A DNA stretch of 64,000 nucleotides from Myxococcota bacterium (GTDB taxonomy: Bacteria; Myxococcota_A; SURF-8), in NCBI GenBank assembly GCA_965140415.1, contig OZ223209.1:2592001-2656000 (forward strand), in the 5' to 3' direction. The notes below the pieces were generated by a model. It was given only the letters and a program-made list of their open reading frames with translations. It had not been told where the DNA came from and did no database searches. Each line of letters opens with the position of its first letter. The stretch's first letter is position 1. Below, in pieces: positions 25,773-35,626 of this stretch. The position numbers and the translations under genes are program-made.

Positions 25773-26291
25773 ATGACAATCAGTGGAATTGACAGTGGCA
25801 TGTCAGGCATCGCGCAGATGATGCAGATGCAGCGGCCAAGTCAAACCGAGCGTTTCCAAATGGCGGACAGCAATGATGATGGAAGCATCGATAAAGTCGA
25901 GCTTTCGGATATCACCGCCAGAATGGAAGAAATGTCCGGAAAGGAGATCGACGAGGAGGCGTTGATCGCTCAGTTTGACTCCGACAGCGATGGTGCGTTG
26001 AATGAAGATGAAATGGAAGCGGCAATGAACAGCCTGAGAGACAGCATGCCACCGCCTCCGATGGGTGGCCAGCCTCCGATGGGCGGACCGCCTCCAGCAG
26101 GCGGTGCGGAAGAATCCGAGGAGGAGGAAGCGTCTACTCTTTTGGAAATGCTCAACAGCTTGACTGAAGAGGATGACGAGGAGAGCAGCTTGTTGGAATC
26201 GTGGTTAACGACCAATGCCACCAATACTTATGCGAGCATTCAGTCTTCCCTGTACGGAAATGGGGGAGCAGCCGTGGATGTTGAAAGCTGA
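25773..26291 (+). CDS. EF-hand protein
   Basis: DSNDDGSIDKVE and DSDSDGALNEDE loops; AAGGAGGT RBS; Pro-rich linker. Confidence 0.88.
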   Translation: MTISGIDSGMSGIAQMMQMQRPSQTERFQMADSNDDGSIDKVELSDITARMEEMSGKEIDEEALIAQFDSDSDGALNEDEMEAAMNSLRDSMPPPPMGGQPPMGGPPPAGGAEESEEEEASTLLEMLNSLTEEDDEESSLLESWLTTNATNTYASIQSSLYGNGGAAVDVES

Positions 26292-26326
26292 GAACGTCGA
26301 AAATCAGGAAATGCCACAAAGCAACA

Positions 26327-26350
26327 CTCCCCGACCGGTTGGCCGGGGAG
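26327..26350. terminator. Hairpin between convergent genes (probable terminator)
   Basis: On the minus strand CTCCCCGGCC-AACC-GGTCGGGGAG followed by TGTTGCTTT. Confidence 0.55.
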
Positions 26351-26385
26351 CGTTCGTTTATGCATGATTTAAGGGGGCGTATTTC

Positions 26386-29300
26386 TTACTTGGAGAACAT
26401 GAACTGGCGACGAAGCCCGATTAGCATCAAACCGAGCATGAACAACCAAGCCGGGTTGGATGTTGTGTGCTGACAACCGCCGCCACTGCCATCATCGGTT
26501 TGATCGCCATCCACCGTGCTGTCTCCATCTGTGGACTGGTCGCCATCCGTAACGATTTCGTCTCCATCGATAATGTTGTCTCCATCAACGGTGGTATCTC
26601 CGTCAATCAGGCTGTCACCGTCCGCTATTGTATCTCCGTCTGTATGGTCGCCATCGATCGAATCGCCGTCAATGCTGTCCCCATCAATGGTATCACCATC
26701 GACAGAATCACCGTCAATGCTGTCTCCATCAACGGCATCGCCATCTACAGAATCACCGTCAATGCTATCTCCATCAACGACATCGCCATCTACAGAATCA
26801 CCATCAATGCTGTCCCCATCCGCCAGGTCACCATCGACTGGACCATCGTTTAGGGTTACAAGCAGGCTGAACTGATCCGCCGAGGCCGAAGCGGCGAGAT
26901 CGGCTGTAACTTGTAGAATTATAAATCCGTTTTCGGAGGTGGAGAAACCGATGATTTCCTGATCTCCAGAACCGCCGTTGGCGGAACCGACCAGGCATTC
27001 GCCTTCACAGCCCTGCCACAGAATCAAACCGTAAAATGCATAGTCTTCCTCCGGTTCCAAGAACGCGGAGTAGTGTTTTCCTGCCTCAAGCTCTACCTTA
27101 AGGAAAAGATCCCGATGTTCCGATGCCGTGCTGCCGGGAGCCAGGCAGGTTCCCGGAACATCCTTGAATCCATGATGCCCTGTGATACTCAGGTCCGTTT
27201 TTTCACCGACGCTTATCTCCAGTGCATTCTCGCAGCTATCCATGTCGCCCAGCACTTCGCACTGGCCACTGAAGCAGGCATAACTGTCTTCTCTGGAAGC
27301 TGTTGCACACGTCGTCCAGTCGGAAACGGGGGTGAATACACATCCCGCCGCTCCCTGACAGGCTGCGGTGAGACATTCGTTGTCATTGTCACATAACGGT
27401 TCTTGCTCGTCTTCTTCGTCTGTGTTGCCATCACAATCGTTGTCAATGTCATCACAGATTTCAGTTGCAGGTGTGCCTTCTGTGGCGTTACAGACGAGCA
27501 GCATTCCGCCTGACGAGCAGACCAGCTGCCCGGTGGCTTCACACGCGCCTGTACCGACAGTACAGGTTTGACCTGCATCGCCAAAACCTTCGTCGGTGAT
27601 GCCGTCGCAGTCGTTATCGATGGCGTCGCACAGTTCAACCGCATTGTCCGGGGATTCCTGACAGGAACGTATTCCACCTCGGGCGCAGATGTAGGTTCCT
27701 TCTTTACAGAGATCCGTATCCGCGCCATCACAAGCCAATCCGACCCAGCTTTCGTCGCTTCCATCGATCGTAATGGGATTGCAGTCGTTATCCACGCCAT
27801 CACAGGTTTCAGGAATATTAGTTTGGCTTTCCGAGCCACACTCGATTTCCAATCCGTTGGCGGCACACTGATATTCTCCATTGGCACACAGGTCCGTGTC
27901 GGGACCGTCACAGGCACTATGAAGCAGCGGGAAGATTTCATCCGTTTCATCATCGCAATCGTTGTCGATGCCGTCACAAAGTTCTCGTGCGCCATGGAAG
28001 ATATCCGAGTTGTTGGGCGCACAATCGCTATAGTCCGGGTCGCCGTCGTCGTCACTGTCAACCGGCGGCTGATCCGAAACGTGCAATGTGGCTGGGATCA
28101 TGCTGGTCGGGTTTTCCAGATCGCTACTGGTTACGCGAATATAACCCTGGTGTTCACCCAACGCAAAGCCTTGACCGTTTGCCGTGACCTCTACAGCATG
28201 TTGCCCTGATGGTGCAACTATGCCGCTGCCATCGGTGATCGTCAGCCAACTGGTGGCGGTGGCAATGGCGATGGAAAGATCATCGTGCATGAAACTCTGG
28301 CCTGTATGAGACAGGCTCATGCCACTGGTCGAATTTGCGTTTTGAATGCCGATGTTGGCGTTTGTGCCTTGGGCGGATTGATAGTTGATGTGGATATCGC
28401 CGGTTGAATACAGCACGAATTGGAAGGTGTAGCTATTAGTGCTGTACCAGCCATATTCCGGCACGTTATTGAAAGTAACCACGAATGCGCCATCCACGCT
28501 ACCATAATAAACGGAACCACCGCTGCCGGGGTCCAAATCGTCGTATAGAGCCGCGATGACCGGGCGGGGTTCATCCGAATCGGGGAACGTGATGGCAGAA
28601 CCGGATCTGTCGTCGAAACCATTTCCGAAGGTCAGATAACCATTGCTGCCGATATAAAGCGTTTGATACGAGTGCCCATAGAACGAAAAGGCGAATGGGA
28701 TCGACGCGGAAGAGTAGTCATCATCATCGAGATTTACACTACGTCGTGCTTGGGCGGGAATCTCCAACCATTGAACGGGAGTTTCTCCGTAATCCGAGCT
28801 CCCCCAACGGTAGCCGTAACTGTCATTTCCTCGTCCATAGCCAGTAGAGGTTTGGAATTCCAGGGGTTTGTCTCCGGTATTTGAAATCAGCACCTGACGA
28901 GCGTTTGTCGGTTGTGAAGATGTTACGTAAAAATGCAGTTGCTCAGGTGTGATAAGCGCTTCCGGGCATCCTAATTCGAAGTTCTTTTCGGTGTTTAGCG
29001 GGATGGAAATCATAGCGGTTTCGGACAAATACGAAGGGTGGGTTACGGTCAGGTCGTAGCGGCCAGCATCCAACCCATGGATGAGGTAATAGCCGTTGGC
29101 ATCGGCTTCAACCGAACCGTTCATCACACCGGAATAGCTGACGGTCGCTCCACTTATGGCTTGCCCGTTAGAAAGGCGAGTTATGTGACCGGACAGCGCA
29201 TTGCCCACCGTAAAGCTGAACTGTTCGCTCCACGAATCCTCATCGGAAGTGATATTAAGTGAAAAGTCCACACGATGATTGTTGTCGCAGGCGTTGATCT

Positions 29301-31692
29301 GCACGAGGAAAGGCTGTCCGCCATCCGATTGTTCACCGGAGGCAAGATCGCCAAAGGAAAGCTGGCTACGAGTAATACTGACACAGGTGTCATCTGCAAC
29401 CAGGGTGGCCGTTACGTTGTGAGTGTCTTCATTTCCAAAGTTTTTAAGTATCGTAGACAAGGTCAGTACTTCGCCGGGACTTGGCAGACCGTTGCCGTTA
29501 CCATTGGCTTCACCGGTTGTGCTGTCATCCCACTGTTTTTCCAGCAGTCCAATGTAAGCGCCATCCGGTGGTATGACCACCAGTGAATTGATATAGGGAT
29601 TCAGATTGTGACCGGTAATGACCACATTCAACTCGCCCGGAGTCAACAGACCTGCAAGCGATAAAGTCACTTCGCCTTGTACATCCGTGTAGGCGGTGGT
29701 TCTGAGCTGATCGTCTTTTGAAATTGCAACCAGGGCATTTTTTACAGGTTGTCCGCTGATCGATACGGTCAATGTGATTTGGCTTTGACCGATGACGATG
29801 GCACTCGGACCGGCGAGATCTATTGTTCTGGGATTTTTCGTCCAGATGTCCACGGAAGGATCACCCAGTAAGTTATATTCCTCGATCGCGTACTGTACGC
29901 TCCAGCTACTTGGGGCACGTTCGTAGAACAGTTGTAGCGACATGTCGGTGGCTGCACCCAAGGTCGTGTAACCATCGCTTGTATCCCAGGGGTAATTTGC
30001 CATCTGGGGATCGTCCGTGCGGCTGCGCAGCGAAGGCAGGAAGGCGGCCCATATCGCTTTTTCGATCAAATCATCTTCGTCCCAAAGCGAGTTGTTACTC
30101 GCTGCCCAGGAAGCGACCGCACCACCCGGCGATTTAAGCCAGGCTTCACTGAAGCAGTCGCCCTGGCTGTTGTATTGGAACTGACCGGTCTGGCAGGCAT
30201 TCGTAATGGTGAAGGGATAGGCACCGGTGTCGGTCAAGCCCATTATGAAATCGTTATCGACCGGCACGCAGGCCCAACCGCTGTGAGAACCATGGCCGGA
30301 ATAGTTGATGATCGACTGTCCGGCCTGAATGGCAGCTTTAGCTGTCGACTCGGCAGCGCTTTCTCCTACTTCGGCTTTGTAGGCGGTTGTGTGAGTCATG
30401 CCCTCGGTAAGGAATCCCGGTTTAACCCATTCATGTGTGACTTGACCCATGGCGTCGTGATCATCGGAGGCAACCCATAAACTATTGGTGTACCAGGATG
30501 AACTCGGGGCCGTCGGCTTTTCGTGAGCCAGGATCTTATTGACAACCACTGCCAGTTCTGTTGCGTTATGAACCGAAAGGCGACCTACGTGGAAATCCGG
30601 CACCTGATCGGCAGTGTAATTGCTGTCGGAAGCATCCATGGTGGCGTAATACATATCCGCTGCCTGTTCATCGCCGTCGCCGGTTCCTTCCCAATACGGA
30701 ATATGTTCGACGTCACCTACCAACGCGAGATAAGCAGGAGCGCCCATTTCGGAAGACGGATTGGTATAAAGATCCCGCAACGCAGCTTTGATCTGTTCTT
30801 TGCTGCTTCCGGTCTGGCTGGTGTACAGTGTCGTTACCTGGAATCCTTTCTGGATTTTCCAGTCGATCAGGGGTTGTAAGGTAGAGAGAAAATTTACGCC
30901 GGAACTATGATCCGGGACAACAAAAACATAATGAATCGGAGCGTTTGGCAAGGCGTCTTTGGTGTCCAGTAAGTTTGAAACACCCATGATCATGGCATCG
31001 CCTACCTGCCGCAAGCCCGGCAGGGTGCGTCGCAAAACCTGCCGTGTGCGTTGCCATTCCGGTTCTGCCGTTGTCAGTGTCGCTTGGATACTGCGGTATA
31101 CGATTAATTGACCATTTTCGGCATCATACACAACGGGGGAAAATTCCACGATGGCATGGCGGATTCCACGAAATGTCTCTACTGCCAGAATACGCGCCCT
31201 GACCGACTCTCCGATTAGCCCTTGATACGTATCGGCATCGAATGAAAAATCACGGTTTTCCCATGCTTCAGGAACTTTCAACATAGGGGGCTGCATGGGG
31301 TACAGAGGAGCAGACAATGGGAGATAAAATGGATTCTTCCCGGTTGCAGTAATACTTACATTCTTGCCCTGCGGAACGGCGATGCGCCGCCGCATAACCG
31401 GTAAAGCTGGCGAACCGACTTCGCCGGTGGACGCTCCTCCCGTAATTTCAGCAGACGTAAACAGCCCCGCTTCGGTTTCAATATTTTCCAGCCACAACCC
31501 GGATGTCGCCAGGCTTACATCCATTGAGCCGTTATCTTTCAATTCCGCAAGCTGAGTCACACTACCTTGTGTGGAATCGACTGCTTTTTCGAAAGGAGTC
31601 CATTGTGTTTGCGCAAAAGCAGGTATCGATAAAATCAGGAAAAAGATCAGTGGGAGAATCAGCTTTTGGTGAAAATGGAGAGTGCTGCTCAT
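26386..31692 (-). CDS. Secreted C25 (gingipain-like) cysteine peptidase with propeptide, Ig/CarboxypepD-like domains, MopE-type Cys repeats, DGD repeats and MYXO-CTERM
   Basis: Signal peptide; ALVGD, HVGRL, INYSGHG (His), ITNACQTG (Cys), YNLLGDP; ELCDGIDNDCD repeats; C-terminus GGGC...WLFMLGLMLIGLRR. Confidence 0.88.
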   Translation of the reverse strand: MSSTLHFHQKLILPLIFFLILSIPAFAQTQWTPFEKAVDSTQGSVTQLAELKDNGSMDVSLATSGLWLENIETEAGLFTSAEITGGASTGEVGSPALPVMRRRIAVPQGKNVSITATGKNPFYLPLSAPLYPMQPPMLKVPEAWENRDFSFDADTYQGLIGESVRARILAVETFRGIRHAIVEFSPVVYDAENGQLIVYRSIQATLTTAEPEWQRTRQVLRRTLPGLRQVGDAMIMGVSNLLDTKDALPNAPIHYVFVVPDHSSGVNFLSTLQPLIDWKIQKGFQVTTLYTSQTGSSKEQIKAALRDLYTNPSSEMGAPAYLALVGDVEHIPYWEGTGDGDEQAADMYYATMDASDSNYTADQVPDFHVGRLSVHNATELAVVVNKILAHEKPTAPSSSWYTNSLWVASDDHDAMGQVTHEWVKPGFLTEGMTHTTAYKAEVGESAAESTAKAAIQAGQSIINYSGHGSHSGWACVPVDNDFIMGLTDTGAYPFTITNACQTGQFQYNSQGDCFSEAWLKSPGGAVASWAASNNSLWDEDDLIEKAIWAAFLPSLRSRTDDPQMANYPWDTSDGYTTLGAATDMSLQLFYERAPSSWSVQYAIEEYNLLGDPSVDIWTKNPRTIDLAGPSAIVIGQSQITLTVSISGQPVKNALVAISKDDQLRTTAYTDVQGEVTLSLAGLLTPGELNVVITGHNLNPYINSLVVIPPDGAYIGLLEKQWDDSTTGEANGNGNGLPSPGEVLTLSTILKNFGNEDTHNVTATLVADDTCVSITRSQLSFGDLASGEQSDGGQPFLVQINACDNNHRVDFSLNITSDEDSWSEQFSFTVGNALSGHITRLSNGQAISGATVSYSGVMNGSVEADANGYYLIHGLDAGRYDLTVTHPSYLSETAMISIPLNTEKNFELGCPEALITPEQLHFYVTSSQPTNARQVLISNTGDKPLEFQTSTGYGRGNDSYGYRWGSSDYGETPVQWLEIPAQARRSVNLDDDDYSSASIPFAFSFYGHSYQTLYIGSNGYLTFGNGFDDRSGSAITFPDSDEPRPVIAALYDDLDPGSGGSVYYGSVDGAFVVTFNNVPEYGWYSTNSYTFQFVLYSTGDIHINYQSAQGTNANIGIQNANSTSGMSLSHTGQSFMHDDLSIAIATATSWLTITDGSGIVAPSGQHAVEVTANGQGFALGEHQGYIRVTSSDLENPTSMIPATLHVSDQPPVDSDDDGDPDYSDCAPNNSDIFHGARELCDGIDNDCDDETDEIFPLLHSACDGPDTDLCANGEYQCAANGLEIECGSESQTNIPETCDGVDNDCNPITIDGSDESWVGLACDGADTDLCKEGTYICARGGIRSCQESPDNAVELCDAIDNDCDGITDEGFGDAGQTCTVGTGACEATGQLVCSSGGMLLVCNATEGTPATEICDDIDNDCDGNTDEEDEQEPLCDNDNECLTAACQGAAGCVFTPVSDWTTCATASREDSYACFSGQCEVLGDMDSCENALEISVGEKTDLSITGHHGFKDVPGTCLAPGSTASEHRDLFLKVELEAGKHYSAFLEPEEDYAFYGLILWQGCEGECLVGSANGGSGDQEIIGFSTSENGFIILQVTADLAASASADQFSLLVTLNDGPVDGDLADGDSIDGDSVDGDVVDGDSIDGDSVDGDAVDGDSIDGDSVDGDTIDGDSIDGDSIDGDHTDGDTIADGDSLIDGDTTVDGDNIIDGDEIVTDGDQSTDGDSTVDGDQTDDGSGGGCQHTTSNPAWLFMLGLMLIGLRRQFMFSK
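26495..26836 (-). repeat. Coding DGDxx repeat (~21 units)
   Basis: 15-21 bp units encoding DGDSI/DGDSV etc. just before the MYXO-CTERM. Confidence 0.85.
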
Positions 31693-32057
31693 TACGACTC
31701 CTTGTGCATAGTTGCGGTTGTCACTGGAATTTATCGCTAAAGTAAAAACTTCCTAATGGAGATTGAAACTTCATCTGTCAACAAGAATGGACGGTGTGAA
31801 TCCTGGAATGTGACACACCGAGAAAACCGTGGCGATTGGAGAAACGGTTCTTCTCCAGAAATGCTTAAATATATATGTTTTGAATAGGGAAATCAATCAA
31901 GATTGACGGAAAGATTCAAATAAATTCCTTGATGGGTGATCGCCGAAAATTTTATATTGAATTACACTTTGGCTTGGCAAATTTCTATATTTTCTGTTAT
32001 GCTATCTGCATTGGATGTACACGAGAAACGGGGAAAAATCTATCAAGGAGGAAGAGT

Positions 32058-32624
32058 ATGAAGAAGCATCTGTTTATTCTGACAGCAGTGGTTCTGGCAA
32101 TGGTTCTTATAGTTGCGTGTGGTGATGACGGTTCCAGCATGAGCCAGCAAGATGCTGCTGTGGTGCAGACCGCCGTTATGGATGTTGCCGGTGAAGTGCA
32201 GGGCGATGTCATGTCGCAACTGGGAAGTGCCGGAACGCAGAGAGTCATGCAGGATGACCCCTGGACGTTCAACGATGACGGAAGCTTTTCGGCGACCTTG
32301 GATGGTCCGAATGGTGGAACGGTGGACGTAAGCGGATCGGGATCCATGACCGACGATTCCTATAGCTTCACTCTCACCATGACGTTCCATGCATACGTCA
32401 CCACGGCTTCCACCGGTGGTGAAATCACCCTGGATGGCGAATTGGAACTGAGCTATGAAGGTTCTGCTACCAGCTACTCTGTTAGCTATAGCGGCAACAT
32501 CGATGCCAGTGGGGCTGTCTCCGGCAGCGCCAATTTCGATTATCATGTTTCGATGAACGGAAACTGCATCGAATACAGTGGTAGTATCGGTGGCGTGAGC
32601 TTCGATAGTTCTTACGGTTGCTAG
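32058..32624 (+). CDS. Ser/Gly-rich beta-strand lipoprotein
   Basis: AAGGAGG RBS; lipobox IVAC. Confidence 0.8.
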   Translation: MKKHLFILTAVVLAMVLIVACGDDGSSMSQQDAAVVQTAVMDVAGEVQGDVMSQLGSAGTQRVMQDDPWTFNDDGSFSATLDGPNGGTVDVSGSGSMTDDSYSFTLTMTFHAYVTTASTGGEITLDGELELSYEGSATSYSVSYSGNIDASGAVSGSANFDYHVSMNGNCIEYSGSIGGVSFDSSYGC

Positions 32625-32640
32625 TCTGTAAATTTACCTA

Positions 32641-32679
32641 ACACGGCGTGCCTTTACGGGTGCGCCGTGTGTGTTTTTG
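32641..32679 (+). terminator. Intrinsic terminator
   Basis: ACACGGCG...CGCCGTGT stem followed by GTGTTTTT. Confidence 0.55.
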
Positions 32680-32715
32680 TCGTACGGAATTCAGAAAATA
32701 ACATGGAGGTGGCAA

Positions 32716-33549
32716 ATGCGACGACTTGGTGCATTAGTTTTAGGTATGGCCTTATTTTCTTTGGTTGCCGGATGCGGTATCCCGGAAGAAGACTACTTGA
32801 AATCGCAAAAGGAATTGGCCGATACACAAACTGCATTGCAGGCGGAAAGCACGAAGTTGGAGCAGTGCCAGCAGAGTTTGAAGACGTGTGAGGACGATGC
32901 CAAGGAGGCGCAAGGAGCCTTGGTTGCACTGGGTGCGGAACATGAAAAACTGGGGCAGGAGCATAGCTCTTTAGGTGCAGACTACAGCCATCTGAAAGCG
33001 TTGCTGGCCAAAATTAAAACGGCCAACGAAACTCGTCAGAAGGCCATGGACGAACTGCTCTCCAAGTTCCAGGCCCTGATTAAAAGCGGCAAGTTGAGTA
33101 TCGAAGTGAACGATGGCCGCATGGTGATCAATCTTCCGTCCAATGTCCTTTTTGCGGTAGGCAAATCCCGCCTGTCGAAAGATGGAAAAGCGGCGGTAAA
33201 GGAAGTGGCGGAAGTGTTGAAGACCATCGACGGTCGAAAATTCCAGATCGCCGGTCATACCGACGACCAACGCGGCAAGCGCGGCTTTAATCCCAACTGG
33301 AGCCTGTCCTACATGCGCGCCCGTTCAGTATTCGATATTGTGGTGAAAGCCGGCATGGACGAGTCTCGTCTGTCTCTTGCTGCGTATGCGGAATACAGCC
33401 CGGTCGCCGATAACACCACACCGGAAGGCCAGGAACGTAATCGTCGTATCGAAATCGTTTTGCTGCCCACCTCCGATGAGTTGCCGTTGCAGCAGTTGAT
33501 GAAGATCGAGAAAATCGAAAAGAAGATCGAAACCGAGATTGAGAAATAA
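32716..33549 (+). CDS. OmpA/MotB-family lipoprotein with coiled coil
   Basis: GGAGGT RBS; lipobox VAGC; IAGHTD, NWSLSYMRA, RNRRIEIV. Confidence 0.88.
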   Translation: MRRLGALVLGMALFSLVAGCGIPEEDYLKSQKELADTQTALQAESTKLEQCQQSLKTCEDDAKEAQGALVALGAEHEKLGQEHSSLGADYSHLKALLAKIKTANETRQKAMDELLSKFQALIKSGKLSIEVNDGRMVINLPSNVLFAVGKSRLSKDGKAAVKEVAEVLKTIDGRKFQIAGHTDDQRGKRGFNPNWSLSYMRARSVFDIVVKAGMDESRLSLAAYAEYSPVADNTTPEGQERNRRIEIVLLPTSDELPLQQLMKIEKIEKKIETEIEK

Positions 33550-33640
33550 GCACCTGATATGATGTTGGATTTTCAGGTACTGAAAAGCTCTCCTTTAATG
33601 TCGGAGAGTGAACCAACGAATTTTAATGGGAGAAAACAAA

Positions 33641-34384
33641 ATGAAGAAAAAAATGTCTGCAATTGGTTTGCGTTGGCTTTTGCCTGCTATCCTGCTTGTA
33701 ACTGCTCTTGTACTTGGAGCGTGCGAAAGCGGAATCGCATATCGTCCCGACCTGAAAATGGAAGCCATCACTCCGTTTATCGAGATGAGCGGTTCTTCGG
33801 TCGATTCACTCTTTACTTCGAGTAAGGAGAAATTGTTCTACGATAGCAAGCGCGGTGTGGATACGCCCCCGGAACGTGGAAATATCTTTTTCCGCACCAG
33901 CCTGGCCGGTTCGCCTGCCTACGGCGTGGAGAAGATGAACCGTGGTTACCAGTATGTGATTTACAGTGACGAAGGTGGGCATCCCTGGGTTCCAGGTGCC
34001 GTTGACGGCAAAGCCAAATATCTGGTCGGTTCCGAAGAAAATGACGCTCCGGTGCTGGATTTCTTCGCGGGTCAGTGGTTTTTGTCTACCGTGGCTGCCG
34101 CGAACTATTCGCCTGTGATTTTCGCCTACGGTACGCGCCTGACGGCCTTCTGGTCGATCATGGTGAGCTACTATGCCTATTCCTCCCCGGATGTCGTTAT
34201 CCGCAATTTCGAACTGGAAAGTCTGCTGAGCGAATTCGGCGACTTCGTGTATCTGTGGGATGGCAACAACGATGGCGATGTGTACATCTTTGCTATGAAA
34301 GACGGCCAGATCGACAAGACCGTGGACGGCTTGCTGCTTGAGACTTACGACAACGAACTGTGGCGTGTCAAGATTACACCCTAG
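33641..34384 (+). CDS. Hypothetical lipoprotein
   Basis: Lipobox LGAC; followed by a terminator. Confidence 0.7.
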   Translation: MKKKMSAIGLRWLLPAILLVTALVLGACESGIAYRPDLKMEAITPFIEMSGSSVDSLFTSSKEKLFYDSKRGVDTPPERGNIFFRTSLAGSPAYGVEKMNRGYQYVIYSDEGGHPWVPGAVDGKAKYLVGSEENDAPVLDFFAGQWFLSTVAAANYSPVIFAYGTRLTAFWSIMVSYYAYSSPDVVIRNFELESLLSEFGDFVYLWDGNNDGDVYIFAMKDGQIDKTVDGLLLETYDNELWRVKITP

Positions 34385-34407
34385 TGTTGTTTGCATAACG
34401 TTTCTTC

Positions 34408-34437
34408 AAGGCCCGCACCGAAAGGCGCGGGCCTTTT
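34408..34437 (+). terminator. Intrinsic terminator
   Basis: AAGGCCCGC..GAAA..GCGGGCCTTTT. Confidence 0.75.
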
Positions 34438-34499
34438 CTATGGGAGCGGGGAGTGCTCTGTGCTATAAAGATCGCGAAACGTGCAATGCGGAGAGATGA

Positions 34500-35573
34500 A
34501 TGATTCGTCGAAAAAGCAGGCTGATTCAGGTTGGAAATGTAGCTGTGGGTGGTGATGCGCCCATCAGCATTCAGTCGATGACGACAACTCGAACCTGTGA
34601 TGTCGAAGCGACGGTCGGGCAGATTATCGCCTTAACGACCGCCGGTTGTGAGCTGGTACGCGTGGCGGTGCTTAACGCCGAGGATGCGCATGCGCTTTCA
34701 CAAATCAGGGATCGCATAACCATTCCTTTGATCGCCGACATTCACTTCGACTACCGCTTGGCGCTGCTTGCTATTCAAGAGGGCGTGGATGGGCTGCGCA
34801 TCAATCCGGGTAACATCGGATCTGCCGAGCGAGTTCGGGCTGTCGTTGAAGCAGCCGCTGCAAGAGAAGTGCCGATACGGATTGGAGTCAATGCCGGTTC
34901 GCTTGAAAAGCCGCTGCTGGAAAAGTACGGTCAGCCGACGGCGGAGGCGATGGTTGAAAGCGCTCTGGCGCATGTGGCGATATTGGAAGAATTGGACTAC
35001 GACAAGATCAAGGTCAGCCTGAAAGCTTCGACACCCATGATGACGGTGCAGGCAAACCGACTATTCGCCGAAAAGTGTGATTGTCCGATTCATCTTGGGG
35101 TGACGGAAGCCGGACCTTCGTTGACCGGTGCGATCAAAAGCGCGGCAGCATTGGGAATTCTGCTTTCGGAAGGCATTGGCGATACGATTCGGATTTCGTT
35201 GACTGCCGATCCGGTGGAAGAGGTGCGGGCGGCGCGGGTACTATTGGAATCTTTGGAGTTGCGCAAGCCCGGTTTCCGCCTGGTTTCCTGTCCCACCTGT
35301 GGACGCTGTCAGGTGCCGGATATGATAGGTATGGCTCAGCGCATTGAAAGGCGGCTGGTACATATTTCAGCGCCGTTAACGGTCGCTGTTATGGGTTGCA
35401 TGGTGAACGGCCCCGGCGAGGCGCGCGAAGCCGATATCGGTATTGCGGCGGGTAAGGGCAGAGCTCTGTTGTTCAAAAAGGGTCGGAAAGTGGGCGAGTA
35501 TCCCGATCGTGAGATCGAGGAAATCCTGATCGCCGAAGTCGAACGCATGGCGACTTCCACTGGGAAAGAATAA
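34500..35573 (+). CDS. ispG: (E)-4-hydroxy-3-methylbut-2-enyl-diphosphate synthase
   Basis: ISIQSMTTT, ADIHFDY, RINPGNIG, HLGVTEAG, CPTCGR, AVMGCMVNGPGE. Confidence 0.96.
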   Translation: MIRRKSRLIQVGNVAVGGDAPISIQSMTTTRTCDVEATVGQIIALTTAGCELVRVAVLNAEDAHALSQIRDRITIPLIADIHFDYRLALLAIQEGVDGLRINPGNIGSAERVRAVVEAAAAREVPIRIGVNAGSLEKPLLEKYGQPTAEAMVESALAHVAILEELDYDKIKVSLKASTPMMTVQANRLFAEKCDCPIHLGVTEAGPSLTGAIKSAAALGILLSEGIGDTIRISLTADPVEEVRAARVLLESLELRKPGFRLVSCPTCGRCQVPDMIGMAQRIERRLVHISAPLTVAVMGCMVNGPGEAREADIGIAAGKGRALLFKKGRKVGEYPDREIEEILIAEVERMATSTGKE

Positions 35574-35626
35574 GCTTGAATCTTCTTTGGTAGGGATGCG
35601 CGAGTTACGCGCGCCCGTGAAGATGC

